From contig JYFJ02002485.1 of NCBI GenBank assembly GCA_000934665.2, positions 1-56,172 of the forward strand: a stretch of 56,172 nucleotides of DNA. The letters run 5' to 3'. This document shows, one piece after another, positions 39,101 through 51,169 of the stretch. Both the position numbers and the translations under genes were made by a program. Below the pieces are notes generated by a model that worked only from the letters and a program-made list of their open reading frames with translations, made no database searches and was not told where the DNA came from. The stretch comes from Catajapyx aquilonaris (Eukaryota). Position 1 is the first letter of the stretch. The number at the start of each line of letters is the position of its first letter.

Positions 39101-42100
39101 GGGTCATTCGTCTTGGATGGTGATTCGGGGAAGGACGTAAGTATATTGCACATGTAATGGTGGAGGACATTACTTCAGCCTCCCAGAACCAGTCTTCCAA
39201 GTAGTCCTAATGTTTCACACAAGAATAGTCACAATACAATGACACGACAAAGAACAAGTGCGTGTTTTCTTAGCATTTAAAAGAAATACTTCCTTCGCTT
39301 CTTTCCCATGTAACCAGCAGTAGACATTGTTGATGGGTACGGTTTTGTATAGGCTTATTTGTCTACAATTAGGATAACTGTCGTAGATATTTTGTAGATT
39401 CTTGTACAAAGTGGCTGGAAACTTGATAGCATAGATTGGGTTGGAGATAACCAATTTTGCCTCCAGCAGGATATCAGCATGGCTATATAACAGTGATGAA
39501 TAAGGGGGGGTTCAAAACACATACCAGCTAACAACCAGCGTAACTTCTGGAACGTGATTGTCAGCTGGCTTGTCCCTCCACACTAGGCCATAATGTCCTT
39601 TGCCTTAGCAGTAAACCAAGGGTACCCTGGAGAAGTGTCCGGGGAAGCCCTGGGACTCCATCGACCACCGGACGACATGGAGCACCTTCGCCCGAGCTAC
39701 CTCAACGACCTCCTACGACCACATCCATTTCCAACTTACCCCATATTTCCACCCTACCAACACCCTTATCCTGGATACTACCCACCTCTACCACCTCCAC
39801 CACCTCAGAGTCCTCCCCACCAACAACATCAACCTCACCCTCATCAACAACATCCACCACAGCATCCATCTTCACCATCATTCCATCTTTATCGTCCTCA
39901 TTACCCTCCACCCCCTGCACCATCGTCCTCGTCCCCGACTGTCGCTCCTGATTGGTCCGTCTACAGACCTAGGCCTACAACGGCGTCAACCAGACCACAG
40001 CAGGTCTCGCGTGGTAATAACACTGTCACGCAACCATCATCTGCACTTCACTAGCACTTGCCTATGTAGTGGGCAGATACTGCTTAATCAATGAAGCTTG
40101 CCCACTCCTTGGCACCAGTTCCAAGATTACAATATTATTATATGCAATTATGCTTTTAAGCCGTTTAAGGCATGCTTATTTACCACTTAGCCAACTGCAC
40201 TGAAATTTTTTAAAGTCATTATTTTAAAGGGAATCCTGATCATTTCACTGGGAGTAAAACCCTTAGTTTTCTTTAACCTGCAATCATATATTAGCAAGTA
40301 CTGTGTTGAAATAACTACTGATATAAGCAAGTAAGCACACTAGTCACTTTAAGGCCAGGCAGAATATATTGTTCTCTCTTTGTAAGTGACAGACTTATTT
40401 ATTTGTGCACGAATGATACCTATCGATTAATATTATCAATATATGAAAATATTTGGCAACTTATGTTACCGGTATGTGAAATATCATAATAATTGTAATC
40501 TTGGAATTACAAGCACTTTCATGAAGCACTTTTCCATCAGAAAACATTACATTGACCACGTAGGTAACGCATTATATGCTCTGATGCACTTATTATAAGT
40601 CGTGTAATGTGTTGGGTATGCAGTAGTTGTACAGGCCCACACATTTTTTCCGTTCTAGCCATATGCCAGCTGTGTAACAAACTGACAAAAATGTCATGCC
40701 TTTCCAAACAAATAACAAACTAACATTCCTTCCAAGCCACTGTCTTTCTTCTGGTTATCCCAGAGTAAACTCACAAGTCCTTCTAAGTTGTAGTTACGGG
40801 AAAAGTCAATATTAACAAAGGAGAAAATTTGTATGCACGTTAGTCGTACTTTAGGAAAGAAGCCCACTTTGGAACCCCAAATGTGGTTTTATCTCGTGAG
40901 ATGATCTTCCTCTTTGTATCCTGTCCTACTTGCAGGAGAAAATTGTCAGTGATGCGGGGATAAAAGAAACATCCGTGACCAAACCATCCATGCCATTCTT
41001 TGCGTGATCGTTATATTTTAGGAACTATTGGCAAGAACGACTATAGATCACCCACGTCTGGCACAAAAATCAACGGACTGGTTCACTTTCAAATCTTGAC
41101 TACGAGGTTCAGAGGTCATCGGTCACGGTTTAGTGCATACTCCATCCGTATTAGAAAATGCAAAGCAACAATAACGGTATTGTCATATCCGTCAAAGGTG
41201 CTGAAAAAAAAATGAAAGTGTCCAAAAAGGGCCTCTCTTCCTTATTGTCGAACCTGTCAAAACGCTTACCGGAAGGTGAAAGTGTGAACCCGAGATCATC
41301 CGCTGGGACTTTCCCTCTAACCGTTATGCATTGCATTATTTGTAAGGCTATTTTCATGCAACACTTGCAGATATAATTACATGGAATCAGCTACAAGGCA
41401 CGATGGCACGTGGTATCATTATCGTGGCTTCACAAAGGGCTTAATACTTTTTCTTGCCACACAATATCTTCTGCTTTCCAGAGTGTGGCCAACTCTATGT
41501 ACGTTCTAATCGTATTGTTGGAGGGCACGATGCTGGATTTGGGTCTCATCCGTGGCAGGTAAATACTGATGATTTAAAATTTTACATAAGACATATATAG
41601 TGACGTCAATATTTCTAGGCTGCAATCATCAAAACAACATTCTTGACCAAAAGAATATCATGCGGAGGTGCTCTCCTCAATGATAGGTGGATAGTCACAG
41701 CTGCCCACTGTGTTCACAGGTTAGTCTCAAGTTTACATTCCTGTAATATAGAAAGACTCATCATTCATCAACATCCATTCGTAGCACGCCAATCAGCCAG
41801 ATGAAGGTGCGACTAGGCGAATACAACGTGAGACAACAAGACGAGAGGCTACCACATGAAGATTACACAGTCGAGAGAAAAGAGGTTTGTCTCGTACAGT
41901 TCACAGCAAAAAACTGGTTTTAAAATGAGGATTTTTGCAGGTTCATCCGAACTACAACCCGGCCGATTTCCGCAACGACGTGGCCCTAATCCGTCTAAAT
42001 CGCAACGTCACCTACAAGGAGCACATTCTTCCTGTGTGTCTGCCTCGTCACAAGGAGACCTTTGTTGGGAAAGGAGCCACCGTGATAGGCTGGGGAAGAA

Positions 42101-42821
42101 CACGTCACGGTCAGTTGGGAGAGTGTATCTGTGATTAAACAGTCTGAGTGATACTCACTGTTGGTGTGCTTTGTTCCTGCAGGTCTCACCAGCACGCCTT
42201 CTGTTCTGCAAGAAGTGCAGGTTGAAGTCATACCTAATTCCAAGTGCCAGGATTGGTTTCGCTCTGCCGGAAGGAGAGAAACTATCTATGAAGTATTTCT
42301 TTGCGCTGGATACAAAGATGGAGGACGAGACAGTTGCCAAGTATGGGCTTGACGTCACATTTGAAGACCTGAAATACAGAATGATCAGGATCATACTGAA
42401 ATTATATTTAGACGTTTGAAAATGACCTCTCATAGAATTAATTTCACACTTCTCTATGGCACTGTAATTACTATAGAAAAACTGAGAACATACGCGTCAA
42501 AGACTATATTACACGATGCCTAACTCAATTCCTACTAAAATGTGATTCTGAGCATTCTGAATTTCATGTCTTCATATATTCATATGCTGAATCTTGATAA
42601 TAGAGTAACGAAAATTTCTAACTTCACCACTAATTTTCATGGCGTTTGCAATCAACTTGCTGCAGGGTGACTCTGGAGGACCGCTAACCACTGTCGCCGG
42701 TGGACGCCGTACCCTCATCGGACTGGTCTCGTGGGGCATTGGTTGTGCTCGTGAAAATTTACCTGGAGTCTACACTAATATTGCCAATTTCGTCGACTGG
42801 ATCGTGCGAGTCGCCAACTAG
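33154..42821 (+). CDS. CG8172: Stubble-family trypsin-like serine protease with clip-like domain and Pro/His-rich stem (CG8172-like), ~557 aa
   Basis: Exons 33154-33481 (alternative donor 33592), 34376-34555, 39609-40013, 41482-41558, 41619-41719, 41785-41884, 41941-42109, 42183-42340, 42666-42821 are phase-consistent (1674 nt). Knot CWYKG...[74 protein letters not shown]. The 5' exon structure is less certain than the protease domain. Confidence 0.88.
34286..34331 (+). other. Degenerate intronic tRNA-like A-box/B-box element
   Basis: GCTCAATGGTAGAGC ... CCGGGTTCGATTCCC, the same boxes as at 4297 and 20175. The acceptor stem is lost. Confidence 0.55.
36700..37060 (+). mobile_element. Degenerate mariner transposase fragment in an intron of protease 3
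   Basis: 36871-36903 translates [11 protein letters not shown] (mariner [10 protein letters not shown] motif). Upstream ILTDGET resembles IVTGDE and downstream KCLDRHG resembles the mariner C-terminus. Frameshifted. Confidence 0.75.
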
Positions 42822-44003
42822 TATAAGACTATTCAGTAAAGACAATCCCGGAGGAGAACATGTGGGTTCAGCAGATACGTTAATGCTGGGGGTGACTCGC
42901 AAAAACATTTCATGCGCACCCTCTGCAGACCGAAACCCCAGTGTAATTTAAAACTTTGCATCCCAAGTGCCTTGTGCGTTCTGTTGATCATCCTCATTAC
43001 AACATGGTTGGCAATCAGATACCGTGCAGTCGTATACGACATGGTGGATTACCGAGCCTGTTAAAAATGCTGAGAGGTTGATTCCAGCAATAACATAACA
43101 TGTAAAGAAAAAAAAACTGTTGTTGCAATTTTAGTTCCAGAATGAGAAGAAGGCCTTCCTGTTAAAGAATGTAATTTAGTGCTCATAGGGCCTAGTATGT
43201 TTGTGTCATAATTTGTACAATCAGTGATAGTCATGTTCAGCCTAACTGCAATGTTGATACAAAATATGTCTATAACTAGCCTCAAATGCCTTTTCGATCA
43301 ATAAAATATGACACGTACCGGTATGATGTATAGCCTACCTGGGACGAATGTACGAGTTGCGGTTTATAAGTTCTCATCCTTTCATTGAAGGAGTGACAAA
43401 ATGTAGAAATCCGAAGACGCCTTGAAATTGGGCTGCCCTTGCAACTTCCATAACCACATATTTCAAATCGATGGCCTACCCTCCGGTTCATAAATAAATC
43501 AGATGTGAAGATGTACCCAGCATTATTAGTAAAGATGGCCAATATCGCGCTTCGAGAGGTCATAATTACAGTATTATGATTGTCTACTTGGTGCTAAGTG
43601 GAATTGGTGCCGAGGATATCTTCGCGGTCGATGCAAAATTACGTAGCGATTCATCATCTTATACTGTGCGATGGTCAAAAAAGGAATAATTTCCTAGTGA
43701 CACACAGCATTGACAGTCCGGAAGATACCCCCTACTCTGGAAGGCCAGTGGGCTCCACCATAAAAAACATGTGGAGAATTGGAGGAACTGATCATGGCAC
43801 ACCACGGAGTGACAGACATGCACATTTCTCATGCGGTAAGAATCTGAACTTATGCAGTTCACACCATCCTGCATCACCACCTGTACATGCAGAAGGTATC
43901 ATTTTATTGGGTAGCCCGAATATTGAAGCCAGAGCAGAAGGAAACTCGTCTGCAGATATCACACCAAACCTGCCGTCCCGAGGAAAAAAACATACATTAT
44001 ATA

Positions 44004-44427
44004 CGGGGTGTATCTGAACTCAGTGCCCCGACGTATATGACTGCCTTCCTAGCTACCAGAGGATCGATTTAAGTATAGGAGTCATATGTCTGGGCAGCCT
44101 CATTACTGAGATACACTCTTTAGCGATTTTTGCCTAATCGCTCCTTCTGACTTTCAAATAGAATTTTCTGGTGTAACTAGCCAAAGAGGCCTTACCACCT
44201 GTGGGCAACAAACCAACAAAGTCCGGCCCCCAGACCTTCCAGACCCTTCTGACTGGGGGAGGGTTCGATGGGTGGCCTAACCGACAGGATATTTTGTACT
44301 ACATGTTTGCGGCCAATTATCTCAGTAATGCGGCGGCCAGACATAATGACTCCTATACTTAAATCGATCCTCTGGTGGCTAGGAAGGCAGTCATATACGT
44401 CGGGGCGCTGAGTTCAGATACACCCTG
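44004..44427. mobile_element. Tc1/mariner-type MITE with ~110-bp terminal inverted repeats
   Basis: C(G/A)GGGTGTATCTGAACTCAG(T/C)GCCCCGACGTATATGACTGCCTTCCTAGC... is almost perfectly inverted at ~44318-44427. Left flank is TA. Confidence 0.9.
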
Positions 44428-44489
44428 CTATACTACTAGTAGGTAGTCTATACGCTTTTCTCACTATCTGCAGGAATTCGAACTTGGAA

Positions 44490-45900
44490 CGTACCATATC
44501 GTTTTTAGCCTCAGGCTTGGCCCTTGGATTAGATTATTATCTACAAGTAGAATCCTGTTTACATTTTGTATCTGATTGGCTCTCTTGCTGGGAAATCCTG
44601 CCTTATCACTTCGTGGACTGCCAGCGGTGGGAACCTCGATATATTGCTAATCTTGAAGTTGTACTCATTGTTAGTGCCTCATCGCAAGCTCACTGTAAGA
44701 CCCAAGTGTGGTGCAGTCTTCAGCACTTCTATTAATGCAAAATTTAGAGGTTCCACTTGAAAAACAAGGTTCGGCTAATATTATTTTATTTCCCGCCCTC
44801 TTGCACGATCAGTGTACAAATGGAACCCATATGCAAATTAATACAAGAAGCAATGGATAAAAGCAACCCAGTAATATTTATGGGGGATTCTAATGCCCAC
44901 ATAGGAAATACAATAAATAACATAAATGTCCCATAAGTATATCACAGATAACCTGCTATATATATGCAGCAAAATATCAATATCCTGGCTGATTATTTTG
45001 AAACTAATTTATTACAGATCAATCTAAGCAAAACGAAATCAGTATGTTATCATAAAGGGGGAAAACAACCAAGTATAAAATTCTCATGGAATTCAATGTT
45101 ATTAGCTCCGGCCTCGTCCTATACTTAGGAGTACCATTCAAATGCTGAGGAATTTTAATGAAGCCGCGGTATATTTCAAGAAAAAAGCGATAGCAGCTAT
45201 AACAGTCTTTGGCCAGTGCTCCTTAAACTGAAATTATGAGACCTAACGGTTGCGTTAAGATAATTCAATGAGCATATTGTCCCCACTTTATTATATGCTT
45301 GCCCCATCTGGGGACCCAGGCATTTATTTTTTATTTTATTATTTTATTTTCCGTGCCCCTTGATGGCCCTCTATGGGCCTTTCGGGGGGTGGCCTACCAC
45401 CATTCGGTTTTCAGTTTTCTACTTTTCTTCGAACTCCGGCGCAAGGATTACTAGGAAATGGGGTAAGGGTAGGGGATTTTTGGCGAGGGGACACATGTGC
45501 AGGTGCATTGTCCAGCGGTGGGCCAGGTGCAGTCCCCCAGGAGGCCAGGTTGCCAAGACGCCTCCTCAGGCGCGGGTCACGACCCATTGACGCAAGCGAA
45601 AGGTTTGTTCCCGGGCGGGGATTAGAACCCGGGACCTTTCGCATAGCAAGCCGAGACGTTACCATCTCGGCCACAGTGCCTTCCCCGACCCAGGCATTTA
45701 GAGAAGAACCAACAGATGCAAGCCTATTTTTTGAAAAAATTCCTAGTGCTACCAAAATCAACACCAGCATACTTTTTGTTACTTGAAACAGGAACACTAC
45801 AGTTAACTACTTAACTTTAAACATGCTGAGGGGCAATAGCGAAATACTATCAGGATAAAAAAAGCATGGGGTGTGGTAAATAAATAAAAATAAAAAAGTG
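44490..45900 (+). mobile_element. Internally deleted LINE relic (endonuclease and post-RT fragments), interrupted by a SINE
   Basis: MGDSNAHIG at ~44880 (APE-endonuclease GDFN motif), LQINLSKTKSVCYHKGG at ~45010 and LYACPIWG at ~45291. These parallel motifs in the 48420-49860 relic. Boundaries are approximate. Confidence 0.65.
45327..45686 (-). mobile_element. tRNA-derived SINE (head A + core X + tail T)
   Basis: The reverse complement has A-box TGGCCGAGATGG, a B-box-like GGTTCTAATCCC, core X and an (AAAAT)n tail. Perfect 14-bp TSD GACCCAGGCATTTA at 45313-45326 and 45687-45700. Confidence 0.9.
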
Positions 45901-46839
45901 AGTTTTAAAATCATGGGACATAGTGTAAACTGTACAGGACTTTATCAAGTGTGTAAGTATCAAGTCGACATGTTGCAAAGGAGCTTTCTCAGTGCTTCTT
46001 GTGGTATGAGAGTGGTAAATTGATAAACACATTATCACCCGAAGATATTTTGTTCCACAGCAGATTTCTCCTGCGTCGTGTACTTTTGGTCGATATCATT
46101 TTCTTGCCCGATGTACACAATTACATAATTAATAGCAACCGGTATCTCATAGTCAACGTCCCCAAACAACTGATAAACACACTTAATACGCTTGTCATAA
46201 GCTTCTGTATCAAAAAGTGAGAGGACAATCCACACTCCAAGTTTTCACGATTTCTATTTATAACCTGCCGTATACGACTTTCAATAGCAAGTATCATATA
46301 CTAATACTCCGAATTTGCCGGAATTTAAAAGCTTGCTGACCACTCTGTTCATTTGCCTTGTCCAACTGCATTTAAGAATGTAAAGGGATATGCCTGCGAC
46401 TTGACCAACAGCCAACAGCCAGCAACAGCCAACGTCCAAGTGAGTGGGTGATGGGTGGTGGAACAAGAGGTGGAAGTAGGGCAGGATAATTATGCAAGTC
46501 AGGTCCTCAGTAAATAACATGAAGAAGAAGAGTATAGCACATGAATATGATCTTGTATATCTACACAGTATATGTATAATATCCGACGGAGCGAATACAT
46601 ACTGTAAAGGAGCGAATAAAGGTCATACAAGTGGGATGCAACTCATTCCTTGTCATTTATCTTATGATATTGTACAGTATATTATCTCATCACGCCTATT
46701 TCATCACGCCTCCATGTTAGAAGTACAATAGCTGTTGACTCTCCTTCAGTCTGAAAACTGATTATGCATTTCATAGTCTATACATCTGTAATTTTCTTGA
46801 AGGGTATACATTGGTATGCACTTGTGTCCCTAACTATAC

Positions 46840-46840
<1 letters not shown>

Positions 46841-46902
<62 letters not shown>
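46841..46902. repeat. (TAA)n microsatellite, ~20 copies
   Basis: Directly visible perfect trinucleotide run. Confidence 0.97.
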
Positions 46903-46903
<1 letters not shown>

Positions 46904-47107
46904 ATAACAATCACAATCACATTGGAATAATTCTGAGATATGAGCGTTTGGAGTTTCCACATTTTATTGAGCCTCGTGCCCCATTTCTGTCTGTGATTTG
47001 TTGTTGTTGTTGTTCAAAAATCTTTAAGATACTGTGATTTTTCAATATACGAACGTATTACCCAATTTCTCAATTTCGATAAAATGTGACGCAGATCGTT
47101 CTGCATT

Positions 47108-50100
47108 TCAGATTTTCATTGAAACTTCATTATGTTTTCCAGTTTCCGATAGATTTCCATCACCTTGAATACTGTGCTTCTTTTGTTTACGATTAATCAC
47201 GTAAAACCACCTGCAAGAGGAAGAACATCATGCCCAAGCATACCATTGAAACAAATGTGCATTTAAGAGCATGATTTAAAAAAAAATACTTACATGTATA
47301 TGGAAAAAGGAACGGTTCCAGTAGCAGCAGTGAGGAGAAACAGGGCACCCGGAAAAGTTTCAAGTGTTGCATGGTACAATCCATTGAACACGGGGGTTGC
47401 AACTAATGGTGCGACAGATTCTAGCACCGCGATGGCACCGTTCAGTTTGCCTAAAATGCAAATGTAAAAAACCTGTAAAATCGCATAATTGTAGTAATCG
47501 CAGACTCACCTATTTCATCTTGCTCAACAAGTTTAGTTGGCAAAGAGCGGCAAATGAATAATACTGCTCCACCAGCCATGCCTATCAGAGGACCTAAAAT
47601 AAAATAAAATAGCATCGATCTTCATAAATTTATGTGATATAACAATGTGTCTCTTACCTGTGTACATCATCCAACTAGCAGAGACAAAAGAAAACCAAAC
47701 ATTGCTTGCAATCATGCTCGCAGCAGAAATTACTCCTACCAATTCGTCAGGCAATTTCATTTTGTGCACCATAATCACCATTGTTCCAAAGCTTCCTGAA
47801 ACAAGGCAAGTCATCATCACCATCATCAAGATATGCACTTGTGAAAGGGGTCTCAGTCAATCATTTAGTATTTAGTTAATGCGGCGCACAACGCAAATTC
47901 ATTCTCGGAATAATTGGTATAAAAACGTGACATACTCAAATATGTGGAATTCAGTGAAACATAAGTCATTTATAGTCAAGCAAAGAAGCAGCTCTCAACC
48001 AACCAGAAGACATAACACTTCCAAATAACCAAAAAAAGCTACATGTATTACGGTTGACATTATTACCCTTTCTGTGACGGCTGCAGCATTTGACATGGCA
48101 AACATATCTCGTAAACTACTTATCATTTAGGGGTAATTCAAAGCCTCCATTACTTATTATCAAAGCAGTAAGCAAAATGAAATATTATATACAACAAATG
48201 GCACAAATAAATAAAGTGTAGCGCTGTGACTTTTTACAATACGGTAATAAGAAAATAATGATTGTGTACATACCTACTACCAACCAGAGCAGAGCAAATG
48301 CACTGTAAAAGCCAAACTCCTGGACAGTCCAGTCCAGTTGCTTTTGAACAAAGAGGTATAAAACAGTGAATTCACCTGAAACAAACCCGAAAAAAATATT
48401 ACTCTAGGAGCCAAAGCTTCATTCTTTGCTATTACATGTACTACACTTTCGTTCCCATTAGACCATAACCTCCTATTAAGTGAATTTGATGAAGTAATAT
48501 ATTAGGAAATTGCGTGTTAAAACTGCGCCAGGTCCAGATTAGATTCCAAACGTTTTACTAGCCACTAATTCCCCCAATCTGAGGAAAGTCACTTACGAAA
48601 TCTGTGAATTATGTATACGAAAGAAAATCTTTCCCAACAACTGGGCTTTAGCAAAAATAATCATAGTTTTCAAGTCCGGGGACAGAAACGACCCAAATCA
48701 TTACGCAGACCGATCGCTTTATTTAATAACTCTTTAAAGATTTTTACCGCCATTATTGCCAACAGACTTCAAATGGATCGATATCTTTCAGTTAATTCCA
48801 GATTGGCAAGCACCCTTTCGCCGGGGCAGATCATCTTTAGACCGCCTTTTTACCCTATCAACTTTAATTCAAAAATACACAAGTACGGTAAGCCAAAAGG
48901 CAAATTATACGCTGTATTTATAGATTATTATCTGTCCAAGGCCTTTGATTCGACAAATCACGAATTACTTTTCTGATGGAAATTGAGTAAACTCGGAATG
49001 AGTCAGCCACAACATGCTTATACTAATTCAATTTATTAATTTATAGTAAAATGGAGATATCGAGCGAAAACTTGAAGCAAAGTAACATATAAAAATTACG
49101 CAAGTCTCTCCCAAGGGAATCAATGAGCCATATTTTGTTCAACCTTTTCCTATCCGACCTGGCAGATTACCTTCTTGGACATGATGCAAATGGTGTTAAC
49201 CTGGGCCCTGGTTAGAAAGATATCATTGTACAGTATTAGCTTACGCCGATGACCTAGTTCTCTTAACGGATAACCATCTCTATTTACAACGCAATTTTAA
49301 ATACCCTCCGTGATTATTTCGACAAAAATCATCTCCAGATAAACTTAAACAAGACAATATTGTTATGTGCTTTCGTCGTGGTGGTAGACACTCTGGTCGT
49401 CCATTCTGGTGGGACAAAAGATGCCTAACCCCTTCAAAATCATATACCTACTAATGCTACTATTCTCCATATCGGGAAAGCTCCAACTTGCCGCACATTA
49501 TTTTAAGGACAAGCAATTGCTGCGATTAGTTAAAAATAAGAGATATTCATGTTGCCATTAAGCTGTTTAACTCACACATTCTCCCAATTGTAACTTATGG
49601 CGCACAAATGTGGAGTCGAAATCAATGTCCTGTTATAAATCAAATGCAACTATTTTTCCTTAAAAAAAACTCTGACTTCTACCGAAGAACACTGCCTCCT
49701 ACTTTGTTTATTTAGAAATCGGACAATAATCCCTCTTACGCTAACCTTACTTAAAGAACTGGCCACGTTTATAAATAAGCTTGAAAAACTTCCGGACAAT
49801 TCCATCCTAAAAGCTGCATATAAGATATAACCATACCAATCCATCACCTCACCCAACCGAAACAACTGATAGTACAAATCCTGTAAAGTATTGTTCCCGA
49901 TAATATTATAGTGCATTTTGTATAGACCCTCATATAACCTACAAGTGAGTGTATGCAAATAAGAACACATGTCCAACTCTGCACTACAGTTACAGCTCCA
50001 AAAATGTCAATATTTAAAAAATGCTGCCTACCTATCATTGGCCAGAAAGCCAAAAACAAAGCCATCAGCAATAAAATTAGTTTAAAGGTATTTCCATTGC

Positions 50101-51169
50101 TTCGCTTCTTGGAAATAGTCTTGAAAACGTCCACCAAGTTGTTCAGCCCTTGAATAAACACATTTCCTTCCGCTTTTTGTTGGGATCGCTTGATGTCGTG
50201 GATGAAAATGAAGATGTAGACAATACACACCGCTTCTGCAATGGCGGTCATTCCAAAAACTCCCGCATAACCAATTGCACTACACGCCAAAAAAATTCAA
50301 TATTAATAAACATTAATTGGCACTTTGCAGTGGATACAGACGATCAATATGCAAGTAAAACTGTTCCTTTCACCTACGTGACAACAGCACCACCAGAAGT
50401 CATTCCAATAGAGACTCCAATTGGAAAAAACGCGTTGAGTATTCCGATTCGAAAAGTACGCCTTTCTATAGTGCAATGGTCAATGACGTAGCTATTCAGC
50501 GCCATGGTCAAAGCCACAATAGAACCTGTGATGCCCACTGGAATGTACCCAGCTAAAATCACAGCTTCTGCTGTCCAAGACTTGCAAAGCACACTAAGAA
50601 GAAGCCCCAGCTGCTTCACCATGAATCCAAACATAGGTATCAAGATGCACATCTTGCGACCATGTCGATCAGACCAAGAACCCATGAAAAGTACAAACGC
50701 GATTGGGATGACGTTTTCAACCGCAGGCTTCCATGCATTAATAGACGACACAACCTGGAATATTGAGAGGTTTCGTTCAACACGAGTTCACGCAGATTGA
50801 TGAGATATTTACCTTTTGGGTTTTAATTTCTGCCTCATAAAGCTCTCCGGTCTTGTTCTTCTCAGACAGATTTTGGCAGATGTAGTCAGGGTAACCTAGA
50901 TTGACGCTGCATGCCTTTTCTAGCATTAGGCTCTGTACGACAATGTCCGAACACATGTAAAAAGTAATGTGGACGAGCAACAACACTTCCAATCGCATGT
51001 TGTACAGGATGTATTTCACTTTCCCTCCAAATGAGAAACTCTTGAAAGGCGTCTCGTTCTCTTCCTCTGGTGCATCCTTGTCGCTCTCCGATGTCACGTC
51101 CAGCATGTTTGTGGTTGACTCAGTGCTCACACCCCTCGACAACATATTGCTGGTATTGTCGGTGGGCAT
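47108..51169 (-). CDS. Major facilitator superfamily transporter, SLC46/proton-coupled folate transporter-like, 521 aa
   Basis: Minus-strand exons 51169-50813, 50754-50378, 50279-50032, 48375-48274, 47795-47658, 47593-47510, 47450-47294, 47210-47108 are phase-consistent (1566 nt). Motifs LEKACSVNLGY..ICQNL, GSWSDRHGRK (MFS motif A), RTFRIG, GEFTVLYLF, RSLPTKLVEQDEIGK and YHATLETFPGALF, plus multiple hydrophobic helices, are typical of arthropod SLC46 proteins. Confidence 0.9.
48420..49860 (+). mobile_element. Degenerate LINE reverse-transcriptase relic (possibly RTE-X/Crack-like), antisense inside an SLC46 intron
   Basis: RPIALFNNSLKIF, GKLYAVFIDY..SKAFDS, PQG..MSHILFNLFLSDL, LAYADDLVL (~49237), LQINLNKT..CFRRGG and LPIVTYGAQMW are spread over frameshifted frames. 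Boundaries are approximate. Confidence 0.85.

Noticed and set aside
40936..41007. Possible alternative terminal exon ([15 protein letters not shown]...FFA*) of protease 3
   Set aside because: It needs the weak donor CAG|GTCTCG at 40003 and has no other support.
47796..47837. Upstream alternative acceptor extending SLC46 exon 5 by 14 codons
   Set aside because: It is in frame, but the CAG acceptor at 47796-47797 is stronger and gives a normal-length transmembrane helix.
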